DNA of 64,000 nt from an uncultured Acidimicrobiia bacterium (GCA_963810905.1 CAWEPG010000002.1:242178-306177), one strand, 5' to 3'; shown: positions 18,695-29,119, counted from the first letter of the stretch. Notes: generated from the letters alone by a model not told the origin. A program made the numbers and translations.

Positions 18695-19483
18695 ATGGTG
18701 ACCGACCAAATCCGCTTCGACGACGGGGCTGCCTACGAACGATACATGGGGAAGTGGAGCCAGCTTGCAGGTGAAACGTTCCTCGACTGGCTTGCTCCAG
18801 AATCAGGTTTGCGATGGCTCGACGTTGGCTGCGGCAACGGCGCCTTTACCGAAATGCTCGTCGAGCGGTGTGCACCAGTCTCGGTACAGGGGATAGACCC
18901 GTCTGAGGCGCAGCTCGCCTTTGCGCGCACACGACCCGCGTCGCGTATCGCACAGTTTCGTCAGGGCGATGCAATGGCGCTGCCTTTCCCCGACGACACG
19001 TTCGACGTGGCTGTCATGCCGCTGGTGATTTTCTTCGTTCCCGACCCGGCCAAGGGCGTTGCCGAAATGGCGCGAGTGGTCTGCCCGGGTGGCACCGTCA
19101 CAGCCTACGCGTGGGACATGTTTGGCGGTGGATTTCCCTACGAGGCGTTGCAGGTTGAAATGCGTGGGCTGGGCGTTGCAGTTCCGGTACCGCCGAGCCC
19201 TGGCGCGTCTCGAATAGACGCAATGCGGGACTTGTGGACGGGTGCGGGTTTGGATGCCGTCGAAACGCGGGAGATCACCGTGCAACGGACATTCGCCGAT
19301 TTCGACGACTACTGGACGACCATCCTCGGGGGGCCGAGCGTCGGTCCAAAGCTCGCAGCGATGGCGTCCGAGGATCTCGCGCTTCTCAAAGCGCGGATGC
19401 GCGCGCGCCTGCCGGCAGATGCCACTGGCCGTATCACCTATAGTGCCCGGGCTAACGCAGTAAAGGGTCGCGTGCCAAACTGA
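18695..19483 (+). CDS. Class I SAM-dependent methyltransferase
   Basis: LDVGCGNGAFTE is SAM-binding motif I. DAMALPFPDDTFDVAV and VCPGG are also present. Confidence 0.75.
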   Translation: MVTDQIRFDDGAAYERYMGKWSQLAGETFLDWLAPESGLRWLDVGCGNGAFTEMLVERCAPVSVQGIDPSEAQLAFARTRPASRIAQFRQGDAMALPFPDDTFDVAVMPLVIFFVPDPAKGVAEMARVVCPGGTVTAYAWDMFGGGFPYEALQVEMRGLGVAVPVPPSPGASRIDAMRDLWTGAGLDAVETREITVQRTFADFDDYWTTILGGPSVGPKLAAMASEDLALLKARMRARLPADATGRITYSARANAVKGRVPN

Positions 19484-19571
19484 TTTTCAGGATGAATCTG
19501 CTGAGTGGCTTTGGAGCTCGTTGCAGAATGATCTCGGCCGGCCAGCCAACACCTCCTAAAAGAGAATTGCG

Positions 19572-20786
19572 ATGCGGGTACTGTTATCAACCATTGGATC
19601 ACGGGGCGATGTCCAGCCGCTGGTGGCGCTGGCGCTGCAGTTGAGGACCCTCGGCCAGGAGGTCCGCATGTGCGTACCGCCCGACTTCCGGGATTGGATC
19701 GAGGGCCTTGGCCTCTCCCGTAACGACCATTGGACCCGAGCTGCGCTCGACTGGGAAAGCCAGCCCAGACAGCAGCCCCATCCACGCCGGAGCAACGACG
19801 CCAGATGATGGAAGACATGGTCACCACGCAATTCGCGACGGTCACGGCGGCAGCCCAGGACTGCGACATCATTGTGGCGGCAACCGGCCTTCAGATCGCC
19901 ACGCGCTCCGTGGCAGAGAAGAGGGGCATCCCTTACATTTTTGCCGCCTTCTGTCCGGCAGTTCTGCCCTCGCCGCATCACGCGCCCCCGGTCTATGGCA
20001 TGAGGGGACAGACGCCGGCGCCCGCAACCGCTGACAACCGAGAGCTCTGGGCTCGGGATGCGGCCGTCTACCATGACGGGTTCGGTACCGTGCTCAATTC
20101 CCTTCGCGCATCCGTCGGCCTGGCCCCGGTCAGCGATGTGCGCAGCCACATCTTCGCCGACCGTCCTTGGCTGGCAGCCGACCCGATCCTGGGACCATGG
20201 CCCGATCCCGCGGATCAGACCGTGTTTCAGACCGGCGCTTGGATCCTGCAGGATGAACGTCCCCTGTCCCCCGAGTTGGAGACCTTCCTTGAGGCCGGCG
20301 AACCACCTGTCTACTTCGGCTTCGGCAGCATCCGCGCACCGCAAGGTCTTAGCCAAGTGATGGTTCAAGCGGCCCGCGCCCTCGGGCGCCGTGCCATCAT
20401 CTCCCGCGGTTGGGCTGACCTGTCACTGGCGGATAATGAACCCGATTGCTTGGCCATTGGTGAGGTCAACCAGCAGGCGCTTTTCAAACGGGTTGCCGCC
20501 GTCGTCCACCACGGCGGCGCGGGGACCACAACCGCCGCCGCGCTGGCCGGTGCCCCCCAAGTCGTTGTCCCCCAGATGTTCGACCAGCACTACTGGGCTC
20601 AACGAATCCAGTATCTCGGCATTGGAACCGCGCACGCACCCGGCGACACCGACCACCGACTCGCTCACGATCACTCTCAAGCACACCCTCCAGCCCGACG
20701 TGACCGCTCGTGCTCAATCCATCGCCGCCGGAATGCGCCGCGATGGCGCCCAGGCCGCCGCCCAGCGCTTGATAACCGCCGCCTGA
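19572..20786 (+). pseudogene. Family 1 glycosyltransferase (UDP-glycosyltransferase/MGT-like), with at least 3 frame disruptions (~19715-19735, ~20640-20660)
   Basis: The N-terminus MRVLLSTIGSRGDVQPLVALALQL and the core HHGGAGTTTAAALAGAPQVVVPQMFDQHYWA are recognisable. The C-terminus (...AQSIAAGMRRDGAQAAAQRLI) is split over three frames. Confidence 0.65.
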
Positions 20787-21019
20787 CAAGGCGTGCACGG
20801 GACAGGTGGGATGGAGCTGGTTGCGCCGCGCTTAGGCTCGCAGGCGGCGCACGGAACCCCGGCAAGATCGCGGCCGGTTCCGCGGGCCAGCCCTACCGGA
20901 TCGGCGCGTGGTCGCGCGTGTAGCGATGTGGTTGTCCACCAAGTCGATGAAGTTGACGGTCCCCTTCGGCGACCGCAGCTTATTGGCGATCCGTTGGGCG
21001 GTACGATGCACCAGTCCTA

Positions 21020-21592
21020 TTGGAGAATAAGTGGGTGCTTAACAATCGTTCTGATGAACTAGATAGTCAAACTCACTTCACTCGCGCAATAAAATATCTT
21101 CGCGCCGGTAATGAACCTGAAGCTTTGGCGGCGTTCAGCCGCCTTCTCCAGCTGACACCCGGTCATGAACAGGCAAATGCCGCGCGCCAAAAATTGGCTA
21201 CCGAGCTCGGGCTGGCTGAACTTGACCAGGCCGCCCGAGTAATAGAGAACTTCGTTTATGCCCAATGTGGCCCAGGTTATGGTTGGAAAGTTGAACTCCG
21301 AGAGATGTATCAGTTTAGACCAAACCAACCGCCCCTGACCATGAATGCTGTTGTGCTGGATTTATGCCAGGCTCCGCAAGCCTTTATCCAACTAATAATT
21401 ATGGCCGACGACTATGAGGTAAGCCTTATGGTTGAGAAACCAATACCGGGAGTGGCACGCACAACTCTTTCGCAAGCACGGACCGAAACGGTTCAGGCAC
21501 AGCCAGAGAAATTGTTAGAGTTGCTCAACCGAATGGTAGCGACTGGCATGTTGATCAACACGGGCAATCAATTACAATATCATGGCGCATAA
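21020..21592 (+). CDS. Hypothetical protein; the only in-frame start is TTG
   Basis: 190-aa ORF. No family was recognised. Confidence 0.3.
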   Translation: MENKWVLNNRSDELDSQTHFTRAIKYLRAGNEPEALAAFSRLLQLTPGHEQANAARQKLATELGLAELDQAARVIENFVYAQCGPGYGWKVELREMYQFRPNQPPLTMNAVVLDLCQAPQAFIQLIIMADDYEVSLMVEKPIPGVARTTLSQARTETVQAQPEKLLELLNRMVATGMLINTGNQLQYHGA

Positions 21593-21733
21593 AGTAGCTA
21601 GACAGGCCGACCAACCCCGTCATGCAGCCGACCTGCTCCGCTGCGCTTCGCGGGCGGATGATGGCGACCGTTTGGCGGCTCATGCGACACTCGAAAGAAT
21701 TCGAAGGGTAAACAAAGGATCGGACAGGCCGAA

Positions 21734-22120
21734 GTGACGAGTCCATCTCTCAGCATCGCAGCCGTGATCGTTATCGGGGTATCCCTTTTGATCGTCGGCG
21801 GTACCGCCCTCGCGGTGCCGGGGTTTGCCGCCGACATGTATGGCGTCGCTGCGTCAGATGCGACGGCACGCGCGTATGTGTGGGCTACGGGTATACGTGA
21901 TATTGCGATCGGCTTTTGGCTGCTGGTCCTCGTGGCAATCCGAGCAGGCGCGCGGGTCTTAGGCATTTCGATACTGGTTGGGAGCCTCATCCCGATTGGT
22001 GACGCAATCAACGTTTGGATAAACGCAGGGACTCGAAGCCCCTTGGCGCTTGCGCTCCATATTTCTTCGGTGTTCTTGTTTATTGCACTTGGTTTGTGGA
22101 TATGGCGCAATCCTGTCTGA
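21734..22120 (+). CDS. Small membrane protein, possibly DUF4267-like
   Basis: 128 aa with four hydrophobic helices. The family assignment is from memory only. Confidence 0.35.
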   Translation: MTSPSLSIAAVIVIGVSLLIVGGTALAVPGFAADMYGVAASDATARAYVWATGIRDIAIGFWLLVLVAIRAGARVLGISILVGSLIPIGDAINVWINAGTRSPLALALHISSVFLFIALGLWIWRNPV

Positions 22121-22317
22121 AAAGGGCGAGCTGTTGGTCCAGCTTCGCGCAATCGGAGCGGGCGTAACCATTGCTATCGAAGTTGAAACCGGCTGGCGCA
22201 CCAAGGAGGTCATACTCGAAGATCCTTGAATCATGGCCGGAGAGTTCAACGCCAGCGTCAAGGGTTTAAGGCCTCTATTAGAGGGCAGGAAAGTCAATCG
22301 GAAACCGAGGTGGTAAT

Positions 22318-22999
22318 GAAGGTCACGGAGATCTGGCGATATCCGGTCAAGACGATGGCCGGCGAGAAGTTGCAACGGGCATGCCTGGGGCCGCTCGGCA
22401 TTGAGGGCGACCGAGTGGTGCATGTCGAGGACATCCAGGGTCGGGTGATCACCTCGCGCTCCCATCCGCGCTTCCTGGGTCATAAGGGGACGTTGGGTGC
22501 AGATGGTACGCCCCTTGTAGACGGCCGGCCATGGAACAGTTCGGAAGTCGCCGCCGCAACTGTAGACATTGCCGGGCCGGGCGCGAAGCTGGTGCGTTAT
22601 GATGGTGCCGAACGCTTTGACGTGCTGCCGTTGCTGGTGGCTACCGACGGAGCCATCGCCGCCTTCGGTCACGACCATCGCCGCTTACGACCCAACATCG
22701 TGATTGGCGGCGTCGAGGGGTTGGCCGAGCGCGAGTGGCCGGGAGGGTGCCTGCGTATAGGCAAAGTGCTTATCGGTGTCCAGGATTTGCGTCTGCGCTG
22801 CATTATGACTTCATACGATCCCGACACGCTGGTCCAGGAAAAGGAAATCACTCGCGGCATCTACCAGCGCTTCGAAGGCAAACTTGCCCTCAACTGCTTC
22901 GTGATCGAAGGCGGCGAAATTGCCGTGGGCGATGAGGTGCAACTGCTGCGCGGTCGTGCTTGCGCAGAGTCTAGCGCGGCAGCAGTATTCGCCGACTAG
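22318..22999 (+). CDS. MOSC domain-containing protein (YcbX-like)
   Basis: RBS GAGGTGG precedes the ATG at 22318. The start MKVTEIWRYPVKTMAGEKL is typical of MOSC N-terminal beta-barrel proteins. Confidence 0.55.
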
Positions 23000-23543
23000 G
23001 CCAGCCATGGCCGCCGGCGCCGAGCCTCCGACGATTCGCTCCCGCCAACGGGCAAAGGAGCACGTCTGATTTGACTTCGACGACGTCAAGCGTCAACTAA
23101 CCTAACCGGCTCCCAGCACGCTGCTGAACAGCCGTCAGGAGCGAGTGAGGTTGCCAGTTGTTTATAACAAGCTTTGGCCGAATCACCTGGGGTTGAGATT
23201 GGATGGCTCCGGTAGACCTGCTCTCATATGCCCACTTGCTCTGGAGGCATGCCGCTGTACCAGCCTCGCGTCATTTGTGTCTTCGGGCATGCATCGAGTC
23301 AAGGTCCCATCGCAGAACACTTTGGACCGGATCAAGGATCTTTAGGCTTTATTCTTGATTCAGCATAGGTATGTTCTTTAAATTGTCCCAATTAAGGTAT
23401 TCTGTTTTGAAATCCCCGCCGGGCAGGACTGCCTGACAACGACGTTTATATCTCGTTACCAGGACTGGCCTCCCTGTCAACTAAGGGATGGCCAGCTGCT
23501 GGCTGAATACAAAATCTAGGAGGCAACGTTCAGGGGGGGACCA

Positions 23544-23846
23544 ATGAAAAAGACCATCGCCGTTTTCATGCGTCCGGGCTCGCAGTGGAACCCGGACAAG
23601 CCGGTTCGAAAGCAAGCCTTTTGGGACGACCACGCGCGATTCATGGATTTGCTGTTCGAGGCCGGCGAGGTGATCCTGGCGGGCCCGTTTGCGGATGGCA
23701 GTGGGTCGATGGTGATCCTTGCGGCCGAGAATGTGGAGGCGGCGCGCGCGGTATTTCAGGAAGACCCCTGGACCCTCCATGACATCTTGTTAGCCGGTGA
23801 GGCCAAGGAATGGACCCTCTTCCTTGACGGACGCAACAAGGGATAG
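23544..23846 (+). CDS. YciI-like protein
   Basis: 100 aa. The residues ILAGPFADGSGSMVILAAENVEAARAVFQEDPW match the YciI family. RBS GGAGG. Confidence 0.7.
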   Translation: MKKTIAVFMRPGSQWNPDKPVRKQAFWDDHARFMDLLFEAGEVILAGPFADGSGSMVILAAENVEAARAVFQEDPWTLHDILLAGEAKEWTLFLDGRNKG

Positions 23847-23966
23847 AGGTGGATCCACTTCTGCTTGAAGCGAGGATCGAAGCATACTGCCGGCAGGTAA
23901 GGCGACTGGTGGCCGAGCGTATGAACCGCCAATGAGTCCGTAATCAGCAGGAGAGGAGAGGATTGA

Positions 23967-24440
23967 ATGAGCGAATACAAAACAGTAGTCCTATGGAGCC
24001 GCGACGGCGCAATCTTCACAGACAATCGCTACAGCCGCGGCCATCGTTGGCTGTTCGATGGCGGGGTCGAGGTGCCGGCATCCTCGTCCCCAAAGGTCGT
24101 CCCCCTGCCCTTGTCGGTCGCGGAAGCGGTTGACCCAGAAGAAGCCTTCGTCGCCAGTCTCTCCAGTTGCCACATGCTGTCGTTCCTTTACATTGCCGCC
24201 AAGCGCGGGTTCTTGGTCGAGAGCTATCGCGACGAGGCGGTCGGAGTGCTGGCAAAGAACTCGTCCGGCAAGATGGCGATGACGTGCGTGACGCTCCACC
24301 CAGAGGTTTACTTCGGCAGAGATAAACGGCCGACAGCCGACGAGATAAATGCTATGCACCACGAGGCGCATGAGCAATGCTTCATTGCCAGCTCGGTTAA
24401 GACGGACGTGCAGTGCGAGCCGGTTGGGATAACCACCTAA
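23967..24440 (+). CDS. OsmC/Ohr family peroxiredoxin-like protein
   Basis: A PEE ... ASLSSCHM block carries the first conserved Cys and a second Cys lies in ...HEQCF. RBS GGAGAGGAGAGG. Confidence 0.7.
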   Translation: MSEYKTVVLWSRDGAIFTDNRYSRGHRWLFDGGVEVPASSSPKVVPLPLSVAEAVDPEEAFVASLSSCHMLSFLYIAAKRGFLVESYRDEAVGVLAKNSSGKMAMTCVTLHPEVYFGRDKRPTADEINAMHHEAHEQCFIASSVKTDVQCEPVGITT

Positions 24441-24464
24441 CACACCAGTCACCACCTGGGGATC

Positions 24465-24860
24465 ATGATCATGAAAGATTTAACAATCGCACTGGAGAAC
24501 CGGCCCGGCGTTCTCGCCGATATGGGAGAAGCTTTGGGCCGCGCTGGGGTGAGCGTCGAAGGAGGAGGAGCCTGGGTCGTGGACGGCAAGGGCATCGCCC
24601 ATTTCCTTTTCGCAGATGGAAGTGCCGCTCGCAAGGTACTGGAAGCAGCTGGCATTCAAATCCTCGCCGAACGGGAAGTGCTCGCCCAGCGATTGAAGCA
24701 GGACGTACCCGGTCAACTCGGTTTGCTCACGCGCCGGATGGCCGAGGCTGGCGTCAACATCGAAGTTTTGTACAGCGACCACGACCATCGGCTGATCCTT
24801 GTCGTAGACGACCTCGCGAAAGGGCGAGCGGTTTCCGAGGCGTGGACCCGCGAGAGTTGA
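24465..24860 (+). CDS. Tandem ACT-domain small protein
   Basis: Two units resembling ACT-like ligand-binding folds are present: LTIALENRPGVLADMGEALGRAGVSV and LLTRRMAEAGVNIEVLYSD. Confidence 0.45.
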   Translation: MIMKDLTIALENRPGVLADMGEALGRAGVSVEGGGAWVVDGKGIAHFLFADGSAARKVLEAAGIQILAEREVLAQRLKQDVPGQLGLLTRRMAEAGVNIEVLYSDHDHRLILVVDDLAKGRAVSEAWTRES

Positions 24861-24982
24861 GCTTGAGGTCGAAACCCGGGTTGAACCAAGGTCCGACATC
24901 ATCGCATGACGAGATCGAACAATCGCGGTAAATTTTATCGAAAAACGGCGGACCGGATCCGGAAACGACTCGGCATAAATTT

Positions 24983-25396
24983 ATGATCAACAGGAGGAAC
25001 ATGAAGAATAAAATTTTCTCGACCCTATTCTTACTTGTAGGTTTCTTCATCACACTAGGTGCCTTTGGGCACAGCTTTGGCGGGGTTCACCAGGTTAATG
25101 ATGCGCTTGCGATTTCACAAGTCCCCAAACTAATCTCAAACGTAATCCTCGCAGTCTGGCATTTTGCCGGCCTTTGCATGGTTCTGTTCGGTATCATCAT
25201 ATTTTGGCACTGGTTCAGGATCCGGCGCGGTGAAAAGGTCAATCTATTTGCACCGTTCGCCATCAGCATTTTATATGTCTTATATGGTGTAGCCGTCATT
25301 TCCATTCTATACGATCCATTCTTTTCGGTATTTGTAGTTTTGGGCGGATTGTTGTTCATGTCTACGCTTGCGATTCGAAATCGTCAATTAGGCTAG
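24983..25396 (+). CDS. Hypothetical membrane protein (low GC)
   Basis: 137 aa with four TM segments. Confidence 0.4.
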   Translation: MINRRNMKNKIFSTLFLLVGFFITLGAFGHSFGGVHQVNDALAISQVPKLISNVILAVWHFAGLCMVLFGIIIFWHWFRIRRGEKVNLFAPFAISILYVLYGVAVISILYDPFFSVFVVLGGLLFMSTLAIRNRQLG

Positions 25397-25439
25397 AATA
25401 TTTTCAAACACAGGACTGTTTCGTGCTGAGCGAGGGATA

Positions 25440-25961
25440 TTGATTCAATTACGCAAGGGCACACCGAGCGACTTACCATTTCTGAGGCAAATGCTTTACG
25501 AGGCCGCGTACTGGAGAGGAGGGAACCGCCCGGAATTTGAAAATGGGTTGGCGACTACCGAGTTAAGCAAACTTCTTGCAAATTGGGGAAGAGAGGGTGA
25601 CACGGCCATTCTCGCTGAAGAGGCAGCAACAACAGTTGGGGCCGGGTGGTATCGACTCTGGGACGACGCAAATCATTCCTATGGCTACATCTCAAGTGCC
25701 GTGCCCGAGCTTGCCGTGGCTGTGCTTGAGCAATACAGACGAAAGGGTATCGGACGCAGTCTTCTCGAACGTTTATTACGCGAGGCCTCTCTCTCTGGTT
25801 ATTCCCAATTAAGTCTCAGCGTCGAACGTGACAATCCCGGTCTTGCGTTATACAAGTCCCTTGGCTTCACAATCATCAAGGAGGTCGGGAACGCGTATAC
25901 AATGATTGCTAACACCGACCGGACTGTGAATTTTTGCGAAACTGCGTTGCCGTCGGACTAA
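25440..25961 (+). CDS. GNAT family N-acetyltransferase (second GNAT in the array); TTG start
   Basis: QYRRKGIGRSLLERLL is the acetyl-CoA-binding motif. GAGGGA lies 4 nt before the TTG. Confidence 0.65.
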   Translation: MIQLRKGTPSDLPFLRQMLYEAAYWRGGNRPEFENGLATTELSKLLANWGREGDTAILAEEAATTVGAGWYRLWDDANHSYGYISSAVPELAVAVLEQYRRKGIGRSLLERLLREASLSGYSQLSLSVERDNPGLALYKSLGFTIIKEVGNAYTMIANTDRTVNFCETALPSD

Positions 25962-26006
25962 GATTGTACCAAGGCGGACCTGTAAATCCTGGTTGGGAAC
26001 CGATGC

Positions 26007-26222
26007 GTGGGAGATAACCGAACACGACCGTTAGGAATCCAAATGCAATTTAGTGATTGGGTGGCCGAACGCGTTAGAACAGTGCCTCAAGATCGTAACG
26101 AAGCATCTGAGTGGAAGATGTTTGGCAGTCTCCCATTCATGTCCCGAGGTCACATGTTTGTCAGCATTCTCGACAACACACTCATGGTGCGTAAGGGGCC
26201 AGACCCGTTGGCTCCTTCCTGA
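26007..26222 (+). pseudogene. Truncated TfoX/Sxy N-terminal-domain protein (paralog of 30483-30811)
   Basis: KMFGSLPFMSRGHMFVSILDNTLMVRKGPD is about 60 % identical to the same block at 30557-30650. The ORF stops after 71 aa, about 30 residues short of the paralog. Confidence 0.5.
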
Positions 26223-26235
26223 CGATATGAAATTC

Positions 26236-26298
26236 ATGCAACTAAATTGTTGCATTTCATAACGCGCTCGCTATAATGCAACCAGGAGGTTGCATATG
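26236..26298 (+). promoter_or_regulatory. Near-consensus sigma-70 promoter (TTGCAT 26250-26255, 16-nt spacer, TATAAT 26272-26277) and RBS AGGAGG, flanked by two identical palindromic operators ATGCAAC-N6-GTTGCAT (26236-26255 and 26276-26295)
   Basis: Read directly from the sequence. The operators overlap the -35 and the -10/RBS. An ArsR-family repressor gene is the second gene of the downstream operon. Confidence 0.6.
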
Positions 26299-26757
26299 AA
26301 TTCATCCACAGATTCCATTGAGAGAGAGATTTTGCTCAAGGCGCCACGAGCGCGTGTCTGGCGCGCCCTTTCGAATGCCGAAGAATTCGGCGACTGGTTC
26401 GGTGTAGCATTTAAAGGCAAAACATTTGCAGCCGGTCAGCGTGTGACGGGACGGATCACCTACCCCGGTTACGAACACCTTGTCTTTGAAATATGGATTG
26501 AACGCCTGGAGCCGGAGCGATTGCTTTCCTGGCGCTGGCATCCCTACGCAGTGGATTCCTCCGTTGACTACTCGAAAGAACCGACGACGCTGGTTGTATT
26601 CGAGCTAAAGGACGTCGAGGGAGGCACCTTACTTAAGGTTGCCGAATCCGGGTTCGACAAGATCCCGCCTTCGCGTCGACTGGAAGCGTTTCGCATGAAC
26701 AGCGGGGGCTGGGGCGAACAGATGAAAAACATCGAGAAACATGTCGCCACGTCGTAG
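26296..26757 (+). CDS. SRPBCC/AHSA1-like (activator of Hsp90 ATPase homolog 1-like) protein
   Basis: The start MNSSTDSIEREILLKAPRARVWRALSNAEEFGDWFG matches the AHSA1/SRPBCC family. Confidence 0.65.
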   Translation: MNSSTDSIEREILLKAPRARVWRALSNAEEFGDWFGVAFKGKTFAAGQRVTGRITYPGYEHLVFEIWIERLEPERLLSWRWHPYAVDSSVDYSKEPTTLVVFELKDVEGGTLLKVAESGFDKIPPSRRLEAFRMNSGGWGEQMKNIEKHVATS

Positions 26758-27112
26758 TGTCCATTCGAAGAAGGCTCTGCTTAAGAACCCGTCGCTGCGG
26801 ATTTCTGCCCCGATTTTCGCGGCGCTCGGCGATGAGACGCGCCTCCGCCTAATCGTAGTCTTATGCGCCGGAGGAGGAGTATCAATTGCCCAGCTCACTT
26901 CGGGAATGGGAATCACTCGCCAGGCTGTCACGAAACATCTGCACGTGCTCGCCGACGCAGGCCTGGTGCGCGACAGCAAAGTCGGACGGGAACGCCTGTG
27001 GGAGTTCGAGCCAACGCAACTGGAAGAGGTGCGACGCTCGCTCGACGCGATTGCACGACAGTGGGATCACGCCCTCGACAAACTAAAGATGGCCGTGGAA
27101 CGTCGATCATGA
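26741..27112 (+). CDS. ArsR/SmtB family transcriptional regulator
   Basis: IFAALGDETRLRLIVVLCAGGGVSIAQLTSGMGITRQAVTKHLHVL is a winged HTH. It overlaps the SRPBCC stop, suggesting translational coupling. Confidence 0.8.
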   Translation: MSPRRSVHSKKALLKNPSLRISAPIFAALGDETRLRLIVVLCAGGGVSIAQLTSGMGITRQAVTKHLHVLADAGLVRDSKVGRERLWEFEPTQLEEVRRSLDAIARQWDHALDKLKMAVERRS

Positions 27113-27146
27113 GCGAGCCTTAGCAGCTGAAATAAAAATCTTTCAT

Positions 27147-27620
27147 GTGATCCTTGTGGTGTTTCAAATGCAGGAGTTTCGGATAGATGGGTGGAACCTG
27201 ATCTGCGATCCCGGCCGCACGCGTGAGGCGTATTTTCATTCCGCACGAGGCGCCCATTGTTGCCCTTGTTCCGGCTGTCGTAATTTCTTGGCTGTTCGGG
27301 ATGATTATTACCCTTCATCTCTCCTTGGTTTGCTCGATTCCCTCGGAATCAACAAACACAAAGAAGCTGAGGTATATGAGATGGGGCCGAAGGGAAAAGG
27401 ACGACTGTACGGTGGCTGGTATCATTTCATAGGTCGAGTCGTCGAGGATCCAGGTCGTACAACGGTGTTCATTGCGGAACAGCCAAAGAGTGCAGCCTGG
27501 GAGATCCGTTTTCTCCAAAAGAGAGACCTCGCGTTCGAGACATTTGAAACTCCGGAACTTGTCCAATTGGAATTTGTCGTTGAATTGCCGTGGCGTCTTA
27601 AGAGTCTGCCCAACACGTAA
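27147..27620 (+). CDS. Hypothetical protein
   Basis: 157-aa ORF with a GTG start at 27147 or ATG at 27168. No family was recognised. Confidence 0.3.
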   Translation: MILVVFQMQEFRIDGWNLICDPGRTREAYFHSARGAHCCPCSGCRNFLAVRDDYYPSSLLGLLDSLGINKHKEAEVYEMGPKGKGRLYGGWYHFIGRVVEDPGRTTVFIAEQPKSAAWEIRFLQKRDLAFETFETPELVQLEFVVELPWRLKSLPNT

Positions 27621-27652
27621 CTCGATCACGCTGAACGAAACGCTGCGCTCAA

Positions 27653-28570
27653 GTGGTCGTCCGGTCCAAGAAGAGAGAGTCCATGATTGATGCAGTACGA
27701 AAAGTTCGATGGCAGGCATTCTGGATTACCATGGCAATTCCTTTTTTTGTGGGCTTCGTAACGTGTTTCGCCCGCGCAGAGGCACCGACGGAAAGCGCAG
27801 GTGATCAACCACCGGAGAAGCTACTCCCGCTACCCGGTGAAGTATTCAGAGTAAAAGGACACACAGCTTTTCTCCTGCTACCCGTACAGAGACATCCGAC
27901 CCGTACAACGCCATGGATATGGTATGCGCCAACGTTACCGGGCCTGCCCGGTGATGAAGAGAAGTGGATGTTTGAGAAGTTTTTGGCTGCTGGCATCGCC
28001 ATTGCTGGCATCGACGTGGGCGAATCTTACGGTAGCCCCCAAGGGCGGGACATCTACTCCGCGTTCTATGGAGAACTCGTCCAAGAGCGCGGCCTATCCA
28101 AGAAGGCGTGTCTCTTGGCGCGAAGTCGTGGGGGCTTGATGCTTTATAACTGGGCAGCCGAACACCCTTCCTCTGTTGCCTGTATCGCTGGTATTTATCC
28201 GGTCTGTAACCTCATCAGTCTTCCAGGGCTAAAGAAGGCAAGCGTCGCCTATGGGATGAACGAAGGTCAACTCGCCACCGAACTTGCTGAGCACAATCCC
28301 ATTGAGCGTTTGGAACCACTATCTAAGGCGCATATCGCCATTTTTCATATCCATGGAGACAGCGACAAAGTGGTGCCGCTGGAGCAGAATTCGGGTGAGT
28401 TGGCAAAGCGCTACCGGATGCTTGGAGGAGAAATGACGCTCAAGATTGTTGAGGGCCAGGGGCACAACATGTGGTCCGGTTGGTTTCAATGTCAGGAACT
28501 TGTCGATTTTGTCGTTGCACACGCAAGAAATAATGGCCCAAACCAGGCAGATCCAGACGACGGTAAATAG
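27653..28570 (+). CDS. Secreted alpha/beta-hydrolase (S9-type esterase/peptidase)
   Basis: A signal peptide is present. The C-terminal catalytic His/Asp region is HIHGDSDKVVPLEQ. The start is GTG 27653 or ATG 27683. Confidence 0.6.
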   Translation: MVVRSKKRESMIDAVRKVRWQAFWITMAIPFFVGFVTCFARAEAPTESAGDQPPEKLLPLPGEVFRVKGHTAFLLLPVQRHPTRTTPWIWYAPTLPGLPGDEEKWMFEKFLAAGIAIAGIDVGESYGSPQGRDIYSAFYGELVQERGLSKKACLLARSRGGLMLYNWAAEHPSSVACIAGIYPVCNLISLPGLKKASVAYGMNEGQLATELAEHNPIERLEPLSKAHIAIFHIHGDSDKVVPLEQNSGELAKRYRMLGGEMTLKIVEGQGHNMWSGWFQCQELVDFVVAHARNNGPNQADPDDGK

Positions 28571-28615
28571 CCGCGCCTGATCCGGATCGTTTAATTACAA
28601 TGAAGGAGTTGAATC

Positions 28616-29119
28616 GTGATTTTTCGCATGGATATGAAGAATACATTGACGCAGTTACTGATCATAGGTTTTTTGGTGTTCGGCACTTCCGCTTTTAGCG
28701 CAGAGCATCCTGAGTTGAAGGCTTTTCCCCCCGCAAAGGAAGGGATGGAACGATTTGTTATTGTGCTCCCAGACAAGGAGCGCGTGGAAGAAGATTCCTT
28801 CAAGGTTGAAATCATTGTCGGAAAAGAAATGCTTACCGATGGCGTCAATCTGGTCCGACTAGCCAACACTATTGAAGCGCGTCCGCTGAAAGGGTGGGGA
28901 TACACTTACTACGAAGTGACCGGATCTTCGGAAACCCTGAGCACCTTAATGGCTCCTCCTCCTGGAGCCCCCAAGGTAAAGAAATTTGTGACCGCCGCTC
29001 CCCTTCAGATTCCATACAACAGCCGCCTCCCAATTGTGGTCTATGCGCCCAAAGGGTACGAAGTCCGATACCGAATCTGGGAAGCATCCGAGATCATCAG
29101 GAAGGCTGAGAAGGGATAG
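28616..29119 (+). CDS. eco: Ecotin (periplasmic serine-protease inhibitor)
   Basis: A signal peptide is present. The motifs GWGYTYYEV, KFVTAAP, YNSRLPIVVYAPKGYEVRYRIW and AFPPAKEGMERFVI align with E. coli ecotin (GWGYDYY, KFV..., YNSKLPIVVYTP, VKYRVW). RBS GAAGGAG, GTG start. Confidence 0.85.
   Translation: MIFRMDMKNTLTQLLIIGFLVFGTSAFSAEHPELKAFPPAKEGMERFVIVLPDKERVEEDSFKVEIIVGKEMLTDGVNLVRLANTIEARPLKGWGYTYYEVTGSSETLSTLMAPPPGAPKVKKFVTAAPLQIPYNSRLPIVVYAPKGYEVRYRIWEASEIIRKAEKG

Noticed and set aside
20800-21020. Possible small minus-strand gene fragment (…LVHRTAQRIANKLRSPKGTVNFIDLVDNHIA).
   Set aside because: It is short, has no recognisable family and overlaps high-GC noise. It is left unannotated.
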